Shown here one piece after another: positions 1 through 14,735 of a stretch of DNA of 64,000 nucleotides. How positions within the stretch are numbered: position 1 is the first letter of the stretch; each line of letters begins with the position of its first letter. Position numbers and translations under genes: made by a program. Below the pieces are notes generated by a model. That model did no database searches. It was not told where the DNA came from and worked only from the letters and a program-made list of their open reading frames with translations. Location: assembly GCA_964016885.1 (NCBI GenBank), contig OZ024756.1, positions 34,658,001-34,722,000 of the forward strand, in the 5' to 3' direction. Source of the stretch: Eledone cirrhosa. Its lineage: Eukaryota.

Positions 1-1226
1 GGCAAGTAGAGTGGTGGGTCTTACTCTTATGGCTAAATGGCGAGTCTTAAGACCCACCACTCCACTTGTCATAAGAATATATATCTATACACACACACCT
101 GTATATCTCTGCTTATTAGTATATTAGTAGAAAAAGAGATTATGTCAACTATAAAATTATATATTTTTTTCTAATATATATAAAAGCTAAGTTCAAAACT
201 TTAAGAGGTTGCAGTGTAAAATGTATTTGTACTCACAGTAAGGCTGACAAAAATGAACTTTCATGATTTCCAAATCTACAAGATTTTAAGACTATTCCTA
301 TAGATTTGGTCTAAACTTCAAACTGTCAGCTATTGATCCCAACATTTACTGTTTTGTTGATACTATCTTATTAAACAAGAATGCATATTTTTGTTAGATA
401 ACTGCCACTTATGTTTTGTGATATTGTCAGTCATATTGGCAAAAAAAAAAAAAAAAAAACCCACTCCAGTTTTATTATTACGTAAATCTATTCCTTGGTT
501 AGTTTAGTAACCAGATAGTTGTTTAATTGTCAAAGCTCTTCCATTATACATTGACTTTTTCAATGATTGTTCTGAGATCAAAGAGCAAGAATAATCATTG
601 AGAAAGTCTGATAAAAGAGCTTTGACAATTGTACAACTATCCAGTTAATAAACTCAATGAATAGATTAATTATAAAACTGACATCCGTTCAAATGAGAGA
701 TGAAACCGAGAAAACAAGTTTGTTATTCTTCGTTAATGAGCCAACTTTTTTTTGATATTAAGTAAATTGACCTTTTGAAAAACCAGAGCCGTAGGGGAAA
801 TTTATTTAAATAAGAGGAGGTCATCGGTAGTGAAAGGTTTAGAAACTATCAAGATGGGTTTAAAGTGAAGTTAAAACTGACATGGGTTCATCATGCCTTT
901 TGGTCAGACTGCAAGGCAACTATTTTTGGGAAAATATAAATGCTGTATTAATGGTTTTTAATTTAGGCACAAGGGGATGTCAATTTCACATGATCTCTAG
1001 GGCTTCACTGGTACTTTATTTTATCAAGACAATGTTGACCTCATGCTGTATCAATACCATCCAGTTTTAAATTGAGGAATAAAGAATGCAAGTTAAAACA
1101 ATTCTAAAATAGCTGCTAACTAAAGTGATTTGAAGAATTATTTATATGAAGACTTGGTTTAAAAAGACAAGTACTTTTAGAAAATGGTAAGACCTTATTA
1201 GAATTGGGTGATTGATGATAATGGCG

Positions 1227-4200
1227 TTAGGTTTTGGACAAAATGTAATAGTCATGCATATAGGCTAAAATAGCTATAGGTTGTCCAAGAATTAGTGATA
1301 GCCACACAGCCATGTTTCCGTATTTGCCATAGTTACGTGAATCCACAATCACTGCTAATGGGATCTGAAAAATAATAGTAATAATGGTAATTGTTTCAAA
1401 CATAGCCACAAGGCCAGAAATTTCTGGACTAAAAGTATTAGTCAATTAAATCAACCCCCCAGTACTTGACTGATATTGCACTTTATCGACCCCAGAAGAA
1501 TGAAATGTACAGTTGACTTTAACAAAATTTGAACTCAGAATGTTCAATAATGGTTGAATCTGTGACATCTTGGACAATTGAAATTTAGTAAATGAAAACC
1601 ATGTAGAAGTCTGTCAGAATGATACCTATTTTGGTGTGGTAGTTTTACCCCATCACCCAGTTTAACACCATCTGGCTAACCTTGGATGCCTTAAGCAGAG
1701 TTCATCAGGGTGATAGCCCTAATCCCTCACCCAGTTTAACAGTACCTGGTCCTTGGGGTGCCTTAATCTATCACCTAGCTAACCTTAGTTCATTAGAATG
1801 AGACTTAATCACTCATTTATTGCAAGGTTGGCCTGTTAAACTATTTATAGGAATTAAATATTGAAAAAAAAAAAAATTTAATTTCAAGAACTTCTAAAAT
1901 TATTTGGTAATGTGCTGAACTCACCTGCATGGACATGCCCATGAACGCCCACCACCGGAACATTTTTAGGGGTACACTGACCAGGTACTGAAACAGAACA
2001 ATTGTTGACAGTAACAAATAAAGGGAAACATTTAGATTTTTGGGGGAAAGTTGGTACAATGCAAGTTAGAAATATAAGAGTGAAAACTCCAATACAGCTG
2101 ATAAGAAAAGGTGAGACAAGTAAATTGGGAGTGTCTGAGTAGAGGTGCCAGAGGCCATCCAGACGAAGCAGAGAAAGGAGACAGTACATCTGTGGACCAG
2201 CGGCTAGAGTATGTCAATCAGTGGCTATAGACTGATTAATTGAGTGGCTTTTCTCTCAATATAAGTTGATATTTTTGATGATGGTGTTGACGATAATATG
2301 ACCTAAATAACTAACACTGAAAACAATACTTACTTCGTGGAAGAAAGCAGACAGCAAAAATACTAAACAGGATGCTGTAAATCTGGAATAACCTCGTTTG
2401 ATCAGTGGTTTGTATAAATGTCTGTTGAAATATAACAAATACAATTGGAAATAAACAATACATGCAAACATTGTAAATTAACAATCAACATAAATGTAAA
2501 TATTGTGTATTGAGAAACTCAAATGTAAACACCAGCACCCTGATAGAAGGAAAGGGGTATTGATGTGAATAATAAGATGGATTTAAATGTATCGAGCCAA
2601 GAGAGTAAGGGAGGGCATGGGGGTGTAGATTCTGGAAGGTAACAAGGACTGGGATAATGGATGAGGTGGGGAAAATTTTGAGAGGTCAGGAGGTCAAGTG
2701 AGGGAAAGTAAAACAGACTGAAACAGTGAGATGATACTGTGTGATTTTGGGAGGGCAAGACAGACAAAAACTCAAATAGTACAGGGAGCCCCTGTAGATT
2801 TTGAAAGGTCAAGTGACACAAATGAGATGCACCCAGTACACTCTGTAAAGTTGACATTACGAAGGGCAACCAGTCAAGAAACCATGTGAAAGAGGTCTCT
2901 GACCAGTCTATTCTCAGACAACATAGAAATTGGAAGTAAAACTAAGAGAATTCAGAGCTAACCTGCTCGCCCATCTGTGAACTGGAACATTCCAACTTTT
3001 CCAAAAGTGACCCACAGTCTCAGAATTCCTGCAAAATATTAGAAAAGATTTGAGTGAGATGAGACACGTGGTGGTGGTGTAGGGGTGAACTGTGAGAGAT
3101 AGAATGTAAACATTCATGGCAGTGACATGCATATATAATAAATAGAAATGAAACAGTTCTAGTCCTGTAGAAGTCATTTCTATATATAATAAAGATGCCA
3201 ACACATTGAGTACCTATTTAATTGGTTAATACAGCACTTGGGAACCTACACATATATATATATATAGCATTATTTAAAACACATCAAGTAAAAGGACAGG
3301 GGACATCAACAAAGGGAAAATAGGTGTAACCATAACAATAATTGTAATAAATAGTAATGATAACTATATAAAACTATAACAAAAATTAATAATAATACTA
3401 ACTCACCACCAATCGTGGTAGAATTCCCTGTCCCCAAACTGTAAAAGTTCTGCCACAACATTCAGACATGAATGGAAGAACCAGTAGAAGAAAATGAGCC
3501 AGATCATATGATTTGGAACCTGGAAGAATAACATAAAAATGATAGATACTGTACCCCTATTTTAAACCAGATATATATAGAGATAATAATATACAAAGAA
3601 ATTTATATAACAGCAAATTTGGTGTTTAGCCCTTTCATGAAGAATTTTGAGGGATTTACTAAAATTATTACTAAGATAGTAACTTAATGTAAGGTTCTTG
3701 TATACATTTATGTTGGAAGATTTTAAAATGGGTGACTTTATTTCATAAAACCAGAGCCAGTTTTAGTTGGGTTGGTAATGAAAGATTAAAAACATTGGTT
3801 TACTTACAGCTAATTTTAGAAGTCTTTCAACTGACCGATATATATCCATTTCAGCAAGTGGTTTCATAGAATTTCGGACAATTGGTTCCAACCACTAGAA
3901 GTAAAGATAAGAAGGTTAGATATTGGAATCTACAGTTATATTGCTATAGACAGAAAACAATAAGAGTCGCATTGTTGTTTAGTTCCAGATGAGCTCTGAT
4001 CCAGTGCATAATATGTGGGGGTACATCGAGCAACAAGCAGGTACAGGCTGAACTACAAAACCCCTCCCCCAACAACTCAACACTAACCTGTTGTATTAAT
4101 GCCAACATCACCTGCCATAGAAAAATCTGAAAAAAAAAATTAAAGGAAAATTTAAGATAATTTACTGTAAAGGGAATTTTTTGTGATAAAATTACATAAA

Positions 4201-5204
4201 TTACATACTTTTTACATTAAACCTTTTTCAGCTGGCTGAGTACTTGCAACAGAGTGGATCCCGTTGAATGACACCTAAGGTGGTGGTAGGGAGGATTAAC
4301 TCCCCAAAGACCATGTGGTGGGGGGGGGGGGGGGGGGGGGGCAGCAGTGTTAAACTGGGTGACAGATTAAGTCTACCACCCAAGGACCAGGCTGCAGTGA
4401 TAAGGAGGGAGGGTTTAGACAGGACGACAAATTAAGTCTATTACCATGGACCAGATAGTTGAGGGGTGTTAGGTGGTAGACATAATCTGTCACCTTGTCT
4501 AAGGACTAAGTTGTGATGTTAAAACCAAGCAATGGATTAAATCTACTTTCATTACTTTATGTCTACTTTCCCATGCCAACCATGGGTTGGTCAGGTTGTT
4601 ACAGACCAAATCAATACTTAGTTGAAGCTCCTTTCCTCCTTGATAGCCTGAGAATTGTGTCTCACACAGCACATTCCTTTTTGACAAAGTTTCTCTAGCT
4701 GGATGCTCTTCATAATACCAACCACTTTACAAAGTGTATTGGGTGCATTTTATTGAGGCACCGGCATAAGGAGGTTGACATATCCTTGACACAAGAGTCT
4801 TCCCAACCTTTTGTTTGGTGTGCTTTCTACAACTGGAGGCCTGTCCTAATTCCAACTGCTGTGCAAAGTGTTCTGGGTGCATTTTACCAGCACTAGGGAA
4901 GTTGTCTTGTTCTTAGTGCAACTGAAAAACCTTCTGTACAATATTTAGTGCAAATATTTGTTTTTAATAAACAAACAAACTTTTAACACTTACCATTTCA
5001 ATAACACGTTTTAGGAGAAAGGATTTCCGAATTCTCGAACTGCGGGGAAAGTTGAGTTCATAACACAAGGTGGGTGCAAGCATGAAGTAGTGCACATCTA
5101 GAAATACATACAGGGGTGCACTGGTAAACACACATATTGATTGGGTAGCGGTAACAACAACAAGGGTTGTATTAGGCAACAATAAAGAAAATAAAGAAAA
5201 TAAA

Positions 5205-5239
<35 letters not shown>

Positions 5240-6475
5240 GAATCGGGACCCCTCTGCTAGTTCCAGAGTCTGGAACAAGCTGTTGAAACGGCAAGAGCTC
5301 ACCGTCAGGTTCCCGACTCTTTCATATAACCATACTCTACTGAGTAATGGTCTAAGAGGTTTTTACTGTATCCATCTTGATTTATATATAAGTGGGAGGA
5401 ATACTTGTGAAAACTTATATTGATTGAGTGCCGACAACAACAACTAGAGGAAAACAAGGACTACTACATCAACACGGCTTGTATTAGGCAACAATACAGA
5501 AGTAGATTGGGTAAACTGAACATTAAGAGTAGCAATTAGAAAATGTATTGAGTGCAACACTAGCTAGAACTAGTATAAATTGAGTTGAATAGCAGATGTA
5601 TTGAGAATAACAATAGCTAGGACTAGCAGATGTGTTGAGTGGGACAGATGTATGGGGGTGCAGCAGTATCGAGTGAAGGCAGTATCTTTAGCAGAGATAT
5701 TGAGTGGGTCAATAACTACAGCCAGAAGATATGTAAGCAGAGTAAGTCAGTAATTAGGACTAGATGGTATCTGGTGTGGGGTCAGTAATTAGGACTATAA
5801 GAAATGACATGTGACAATATTTAAAGTAAACAAAAGTCTTAAAAGTAAAGCACCCCATGGAGATGTGACTCAAGGATGCATGTCTCCCTCTATAAGGAGA
5901 TGGGGAGGTGGTATACAGATGAAGTACTCGCTGGAGAAGTGACACAAAAACAGAAACTCATGTCTCCTTCGTCAGGAATACAGGTGCCATACAGTTGAGG
6001 TACTCACCTTTAAGATTTAAATTATTTGGATATGTTACCAGCTGGTTACCAACTTTACCACTTTGGAAAAATTTCCTTCCTACACACAAAAAGAAAAAAT
6101 ATTTGTTTTGTATATAACATTAATAAATGATTAAAAACCAAAATTTGAATTTGAAAAAAAAAGTGTGTGTATGTGTGTCTTCATCTCTGTGTTTACATTT
6201 ATGTCATGTAACTTTGCAGTTCAACAAATAGAGATTGGTAAAATAAGTACGGGGGGGGGGGGGGGGCATTATTAAATAATATATATATATATATATTAAT
6301 TAATATATATATATAGTTTCAGAAGATCCCATTAAGGGTGAAAGCAGTGATTCTTTGCTTAAACTTTAATCTATTATTTTAATAAATATTTGCTGTAGGG
6401 TTCTTATATATTTGATATATATTTATCCTTATCGAGCCCTCTTTGGATTTTAGTCTTCACATTTATTATTATTAC

Positions 6476-6509
<34 letters not shown>

Positions 6510-8472
6510 ATATATATATTATATTAAAATAACAGATTAAAGTTTAAGCAAAGAATCGCTGCTTTCACTTTTAACGGGATCTTCTGAAACTAAAAAAGAT
6601 CAATATATAATAATAATAATAATGAAATTATTGTGTACAGTGCTCAGGTGCACTACAACTCATCAAAGGTGCATGTATAGTACATAGAATAATGTACAAA
6701 TGTACAAATGTACAAATGTCAGGAAAATGAACAGTGTACGAGTCATGATATAATAATAACAATAATGAAATATTGTGTACAGTGCCCAGGTGCACCACAA
6801 CTCATCAAAAAAGTGCATGTACAGTACATAGGGCAATGCACAAACATCAGTAAAATGAACAGTGCACGAGTCATGATACACACATGTGTGCATGTGTATG
6901 GAAGGGGTACATCAGGTGTAGTTTTGGCGTATTTCGGGAAGCATGAGTGTCTTAAAGGATGCAGTGTCTCGGCAGCTAACAATTGACGCAGGCAGTTTGT
7001 TCCATGCTTCAGCAACTCTGAGCGTGAAAAAATGTCTACGAAAGTCATGGGAGCTGTGCTGTTTTCTGATCTTGTAGGCATGTCCACGTGTGTTAGACAC
7101 ATGGAGATCAAAGAGGTGCTCAGGGTTGCAATTGGCGAGATGGTTAAAAACTTTGTGGGTATTCACCAAGTCCATTGCCAGACGTCGGAGCTTCAATGAA
7201 TCCATGCCCAGGGAAGCAAGGCGTTCAGAGTATGGTAGGTGTCTGATGGAGGGTATGCGCTTGGTTGCACGTCTCTGAACAGTTTCCAGGAGGTCAATGT
7301 TCTGAGCAAGATAGGGGTTCCAGACTGATGATGCGAATTCCAAGTGGTCGTACCATAGCTGTATACAGTTTTAAATAGATGGCTGGAGAGCGACTAACAA
7401 AGGTCTTGCTGAGTGATGCCAAGACACCCTCGGCCTTCTTGACAATCTTAGAGACATGCTTTGTCCAACGCAAATCGTTGCTGACAGTAATGCCCAGGTC
7501 ACGTTCACAAGAGGATATATATGGGATACAAGTTTGACTACGAGCTCAAGCATTTTCTGCTTGTAATCTCTCCAAGTTTCTTCAGAAGTTACAAGCTGAA
7601 ACTGCCCGAGCTTGCGGTTGGATCTCAACCTTATTAATATACATGTACTGCATCTCACCATGCATCAATTACTACTCTGATTTGTGGTCTACTCAGTCTT
7701 CATACACACACTGCATCTCACCATGCATTGATTATTACTGATTTGTGGTCTATTCAATCCACACACACACACTTATTACTTATAGATTTTGTTCATAATC
7801 TCTAATTTTCTATTTCATTTTGTTAAGGAATATAAATATAAATATTCATATATCAACAGCGTCTGTAGTGATATTGCTGAAAAGAAGGTCATTGTGCTAA
7901 ATTGATACTGATAAGCAAAATGCCTGTGTAGTCAAACCAGAAGAGAGTGAGGGAGACTAAGAAAAGGTTTTGTTCAGAAAGAGTAAGGCCTTTTTATACA
8001 GTAATAGTTAGCTTAGTTGTTTTGAAATAGGTCCTGTCACTGAACTGGATAAATTGATATGTTATTTCAAAACATTTATCACTAATAAAATAGTATGTTG
8101 ACAGAAAAGCTAAGATGCATTGAATGGCAATATATAACGTGATAGGAGTGTAGTCTTTATGTTGCTCAGGCTGCTATTATATCTTTCATTAAAAACATAC
8201 ATATACACATAGATATATATATATACATATACACATACATGTACACACATGCACACAAACACACATACACACATACACACACATATATATACACATAAAT
8301 ATATATACACACACACACAACATGATAGTCCAGCCATAGTAATCAAGCCCAAAATGGAAGATATGATCAAGATGTAGTCATCCAACCTGTCTAGCCTCAG
8401 AACATGACAACTGGTCTAACTCACCTAAGCTTGGAAAACATATACTAAACAATGGTGATGATGATGATGATG

Positions 8473-8515
<43 letters not shown>

Positions 8516-11500
8516 ACCTTCAGAAGAACTGAATGACTTGTGTCGCTTTAAAGATGTATCCTTTGCTATTTGGTTACTACACCAACTGTTGACACTGCCA
8601 TAAGAGACCAATTTCAAGAAGACAATTGTGTAAAGACTTAAAGTCACAACAGAAAATGCTGAAACGAAATAATAATAATAATAATGATTTCTTTATTGGC
8701 CACAAGGGCTGAAGAAAAACATTACAGACGGCACAGGACGGTACGATGTGGGTTTTGTGCGTGTAAAGATTTTTATTATTTATATAAAAAAAAGAAAAAG
8801 ACATAGAAACATATATATATATATATATAAACAATAAAAATGAAAATTGAAACAATTAAAAATTCTCCAATAGGGGGGAAACCTCCAAGGGTTACTCGTG
8901 GCGAAAACTACACAAAAGACCACGGCCACCCTGACCATCAGGGCAAGCGACCTCTCTCAAATTTTTCCATTTCTCAAACTACAGGCATATATTCAATAAT
9001 AATAATGATTTCTACTATGGGCACAAGGCCAGCAATTTCGTGAAAGGGAAAGTCAATTAAATCGACCCCAGAACTTAAATGGTGCTTTATTTTATCGATG
9101 CCATAAGGATGAAAAGCAAAGCTAACCCTGGCGGGATTTGAACACAACAAAAAGGGCCATACACTATGTTGCGAAGCATGGCGTCCGACACTCTACCAAT
9201 TCTGCCAATCCACCACCTTAATGGTTTCCTTTATTAGCCACAAGTGTGCTTGACCCCAGTATTTGACTGGTACTCAAATTGACTCTGGATGGATTAAAGG
9301 CAATGTTGGTCTCAATTTAAAGAGCAGGAATAAATACTGTTAAGTATTTTGTTTGACACTAAAGATCCTGCCAATCCATTCTAATAATAATAGTAATGGT
9401 TTTAATTTAGGTACAAAGCCAACAATTTGGGGGCAGAGGAGGGAAAAGTTGATTAAATCAACCCCTATATTTGACTTGTACTTTATTTTACTGACCCCAA
9501 AGGACAGAAGTTATAGCTACCCTCAGCAGGATAGGAAGTTGGAACCCAATAAACCAAAACAATTACTGGGGCATTTAATCTACATTCCTAACAACTCTGC
9601 CAATCACCTATTTATATCTATTACTGTTTTTGTGTGGTTTTCTTTTCTTTACCTTAATCCTAACTATAATCCTTAAAACAATCAAATATGATTGCCAATA
9701 ATCTTTTCACCTTCAGCTAAACAAACTTTAATATTCATTGGTGATAATAACTGACTCAACACTATGTGAAGCTCACGTTAGCCATTGTCTCATCTTATAA
9801 CTCACCTGTCCAATTTTAATGTCGAGTCAGCCATCTTAAGAAAATAGATCTGATTTTAATGATGAGCCAGCCAGTATTATCTTAAGAAAATATTTCAGTT
9901 TATCTAGCTGATTCAGTAAATAACAAACAGAAGAGAAAATTATTAATCCTTTCATTACAATATTTCTAATGAAAGATACTACTTGTGGTTTTCAAATAAT
10001 TTTGAAAATAATAAAGAATTTTGAGGGATTTAGTAATATAACTAACTTTCTCATTATTAAGTTAATGTTTGGAACAAAGGTTCTTACATAAAACTATGAT
10101 GAAAGGTTTTGAGATAAATATAAACATTTTAAAATAAATAATTTTGTATTAAGAAACATACCAGGGTATATATGTAACATTAGATAATGTTTAAAATACT
10201 AGGGTATATATGTGATACAAGATAATGTTTAACAGAGTATATATGTAACATTAAATAATGTTTAACATAGCAGGGATTGTGTATATATATATATGTAAGA
10301 TTAAATATTGTTTAACATACCAGGGTTTGGATGTAAATGTAATATTAAAGCAGCAGGGAAGATGATGAGAACCAACAAGTTAATGGAATAGAATATCTGG
10401 CCAGATTTATCACTGATGTAATTCTGAAATATATAAATATATATATATAAGTAGCAGATCTCTCGAACTTTTAAGAGCTGAGCTGAGAATATAGAGTTGA
10501 TACAAAGAATGGTGTTCATGCAAAGAGATGCTATGAAATAGTCAGAGGGACACAGTGTGCGAGCACTTATGTATAGTGTATATATATATATATATATATA
10601 TAAGCTTACCTTAGCCAGAAAACATTCTGTTGTGAAAGCAAATAATATAAACAGCTCCAGTACTGTGAAGGAGAGAGATTGAAAGAAGATGATATTTAGG
10701 ATATATAGAATATAGACTCACTAATACCACACACAGTAACCACACACAGAGTAACCACACATGCACTCAGTAACCACATGCACTCAGTAACCACATGCAC
10801 TCAGTAATCAGATGAACACAGTAACCACACAAACACACAGAGTAACCACACAAACACACTCACAGTAACCACACAAACACACGCACAGTAACCACACAAA
10901 CACAGTAACCACATGAACACAGTAACCTCACACACAGGGTCGTAACTATGCCCCGCAGCATGGTGTCCAACACTACTGATACTGCCAGTAACAACAACAA
11001 CAACAACAACAACAATCTAATGCACACAACACAGAGCTGTGCTCAGTAAAGCAGTAATAATTGTTTCTACTTTTGGCACAAGGCCAGCAATTATCACAGT
11101 GTATGACTCGTACTTTATTTTAAGGATGAAAGGCAAAGTTAACCTCGGCGAGATTTGAACTCAGAATGGCAAGGGCCGTAACTATGCGTCAAAGCATGGC
11201 GTCCGACCCTCTACTGATACTGACAATCCACAGTAATAATGCATGATAAAAATAATAATGGAAATAGTACTAATAATTGTTTTGACTTTTTGGCACAAGG
11301 CCAGCAATTATCTCAGTGTATTACTGGTACTTTATTTTACCGACCGCGTAAGGATGAACGGCAAATTTAACCTCGGCGGGATTTGAACTCAGAATGGCAA
11401 GGGCTGTAACTCTATGCGTCAAAGCATGGCGTCCGACCCTTTACCGATACTGACAATCCACCACCCTTTATAATACTAATAATAATGACTTACAACAAAG

Positions 11501-14500
11501 TAGTACAACATTTGGCCAGTTTGTTGGGTTAAACAGGAACATTTGAAAGGAGGCTACTGGATCAATTAGTATCCCATATCTGAAATATTAGACAATGATA
11601 ACAACAATAATATTTGTTTCTACTTTTGGCACAAGGCCAGCAATTACCCAGTGTATTACTGGTACTTTATTTTATCGACCCCGATAACAACAATAATATT
11701 TGTTTCTACTATAGGCACAAGGCCAGCAATTTGGTGGGAGGGGAAAGTTGATTAAATCAACCTCAGTACGTTACTGGTACTTTATTTTATCGACCCCAAA
11801 AGGATGAAAAGCAAAGCTGACTTTGGTAGTAACTAAATACAGCAAGACATTTTCTCTGACGTACAAGTAAGGTCGTCCCAGCCATGGTCATCCTGTCTTA
11901 GTATATCTTGGACTAATTAATATGTGTCCCCTTCTTTTCAAGTCAGTAAGGTTAGGGTTGAATAGAGTTAGGATTAGGGTTCCATTCTCATCGTGCTTGC
12001 ATGTGTGTGTGTGCACACACATGCATATGTTATTTATTTTGTTTTGACCCGTTTAGCTTGATTTGGTTTTTGGCTTGGGTGGTTAATGCTTTCTTGACCA
12101 CCTTTTCAGTTTTGCATGGCTTCTTAACACATTGTTTAGCTCTGGTTTTTAACTATTGAGCACTTTGCCAGTATCATTTCTGACTTTTGCATTTCACTTC
12201 GCTTTTCCTGCCCGCCGAAAATGCGATTCTCGCTGAATCTTTATTTGTATATCTATATATATATATATTTGTATAAATGAGCAAAGCATGCAAAAGGAAT
12301 CCAGTGAATTGGATGAGATATTTTTATTTTCTTCAAAGGAGATCAATTGTTATTGATAACCAAAACTTACTTTATTAGATTTTCCAAAACCAGACGTGTG
12401 TTGGATATTGCCTAAAATGAAATAAAAAAGGAAAAGTTACATCCAGTGAAGTTATCATTAACCCTTTTAATACCAAACCACCTGGAACTGCCCCTTTTTC
12501 TATGATATAAAGCTATTTGTTTTGATCCTATTGATACCAAGCAATCTGAATCTACCCACAGTTCTATGATATAAAGATGTTTATTTTAACCCTTTTGATA
12601 ACAAACCACCCCTGAATCTACCCATAGTTCTATGATATAAAGCTGTTTACCATCATCATCATCAAACATTTATATGTGAGCATAGTCATGATGTATTGAT
12701 AGAGACCAAGTTAGCACCCAATCTAAATCACTATCCTCATAGATGGACACCATGCTTACATATGTTGGTGTGATGATGATGATGGTGGTGGTGATGACAA
12801 TGATGACAGCAGCAACAATAATGATAAACACAAACATATAGCATATAGAAGAGAGGAGACTGAAAGAAGAGGACTTACAAGGAGTAAAATACAGAGATTT
12901 AATAATCCTCTGTAGTTTGTAAAGCCACTGGATGTACTGAACAGGGAGTCAAGATGGTGGTGGATCCTGTGGAAAGAAACAAAATATTTCCGTTAGATAG
13001 AACAGAGGAGTGGGGAGTAGACATAATAGTGTCTCTGTGTGGAGAGAGAGAGAGAGAAAACAGGACAAGATATTGTGAGTTCATGAGATGTCACTTAGCT
13101 CTGTAGTTTGATGTTGATATTCACAATAATGTCACATCATATATATATGTGTATATAAATATGTGTTCACATATATATATATAAATAAGAGAGAGAGTTA
13201 GTTCCACAACAAATTAGTAAACCATAGTCAAGGACACATCTTTCACCGGTCAGATTTTCAACCCATGTATGACTACGGTGAGAACAAAAGCCGTACACAG
13301 GTTGAAAATCCATCATAAGACCAACCCTCAATAAGACAAGATGAAAAAAAATTCCCGGAGGAAGTAAAAGGCTGGCAGAGAGAGGAGGGGTAATGAAGAT
13401 GTAGGAAGAAAGACTGTGATATACAGAAATATGCTGGAATCTGAAGGAAACAAAAGACAAAAAAATACTAGGAAATTCATACAAAAAATATCATGGGGAG
13501 TGTTTGAAGTGAGTTTAAGCAACACACAGACAAACACATATACAATGATACAAACACAGTCAGACAGATACAAAGATATACAGGCAGACACACAACAACC
13601 TGTGTGAGTGTGTCTATATTTCTTGAGATTGAAGGAGAGAAAGAGAGATTATACATATATAATCATCATCATTTAACATCTATGACAGGCTTCTGTAGGT
13701 TTCTTCTACTAAATTCCACCCATAAGGCATTGGTCAACCTAAAGCTATAGTAGAAGACATTTACTCCCCAAAGTGTAACAATGAGAATGAACCTGAAATC
13801 ATGTGGTAGGCCACTCAGCCATACCAGCACCTCTGATTCTAGGGATCAGTTTGATATAAGGGCCATGTGTATAGGTAGAATGACCATGTGGTTGACCACA
13901 CAGCCATACCTGCACCTCTAATCCTGGGTCAGTTTGATATGAGGTCAATGTGTATCAGGTAGAATGACCATGTGGTTGACCACACAGCCATACCTGCACC
14001 TCTAATCCTGGGTCAGTTTGATATGAGGTCAATGTGTATCAGGTAGAATGACCATGTGGTTGACCACACAACCATACCTGCACCTCTAATCCTGGGTCAG
14101 TTTGATATGAGGGCTATGTATATCAGGTAGAATGACCATGTGGTTGACCACACAACCATACCTGCACCTCTAATCCTGGGTCAGTTTGATATGAGGTCAA
14201 TGTGTATCAGGTAGAATGACCATGTGGTTGACCACACAACCATACCTGCACCTCTGATCCTGGGTCAGTTTGATATGAGGGCTATGTATATCAGGTAGAA
14301 TGACCATGTGGTTGACCACACAACCATACCTGCACCTCTAATCCTGGGTCAGTTTGATATGAGGGCTATGTATATCAGGTAGAATGACCATGTGGTTGAC
14401 CACACAACCATACCTGCACCTCTGATCCTGGGTCAGTTTGATATGAGGGCTATGTATAGTAGATATTCCCTCCTTCATTCTGCACTCCTGGTGTTCATAA

Positions 14501-14675
14501 TGATGATGGTGGTAGGTGTATGCAATCATATCTTAGTGAATTGTTTTGTTAAAAGGTATAAAATATATTAAGTCAGACAAAAGGAAAGAGGAAGAGAGAG
14601 ATAAGCTTTTGAGAAAAGTGTATTGTACATTTGAACAAAGTTCAAAGTCCTCCTCAGAGATAGATGACAGAGTAT

Positions 14676-14735
<60 letters not shown>

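Noticed and set aside
13815-14457. CRISPR-like regularly spaced repeats
   Set aside because: The units are contiguous with no unique spacers, and the context is a eukaryotic intron with no cas genes.
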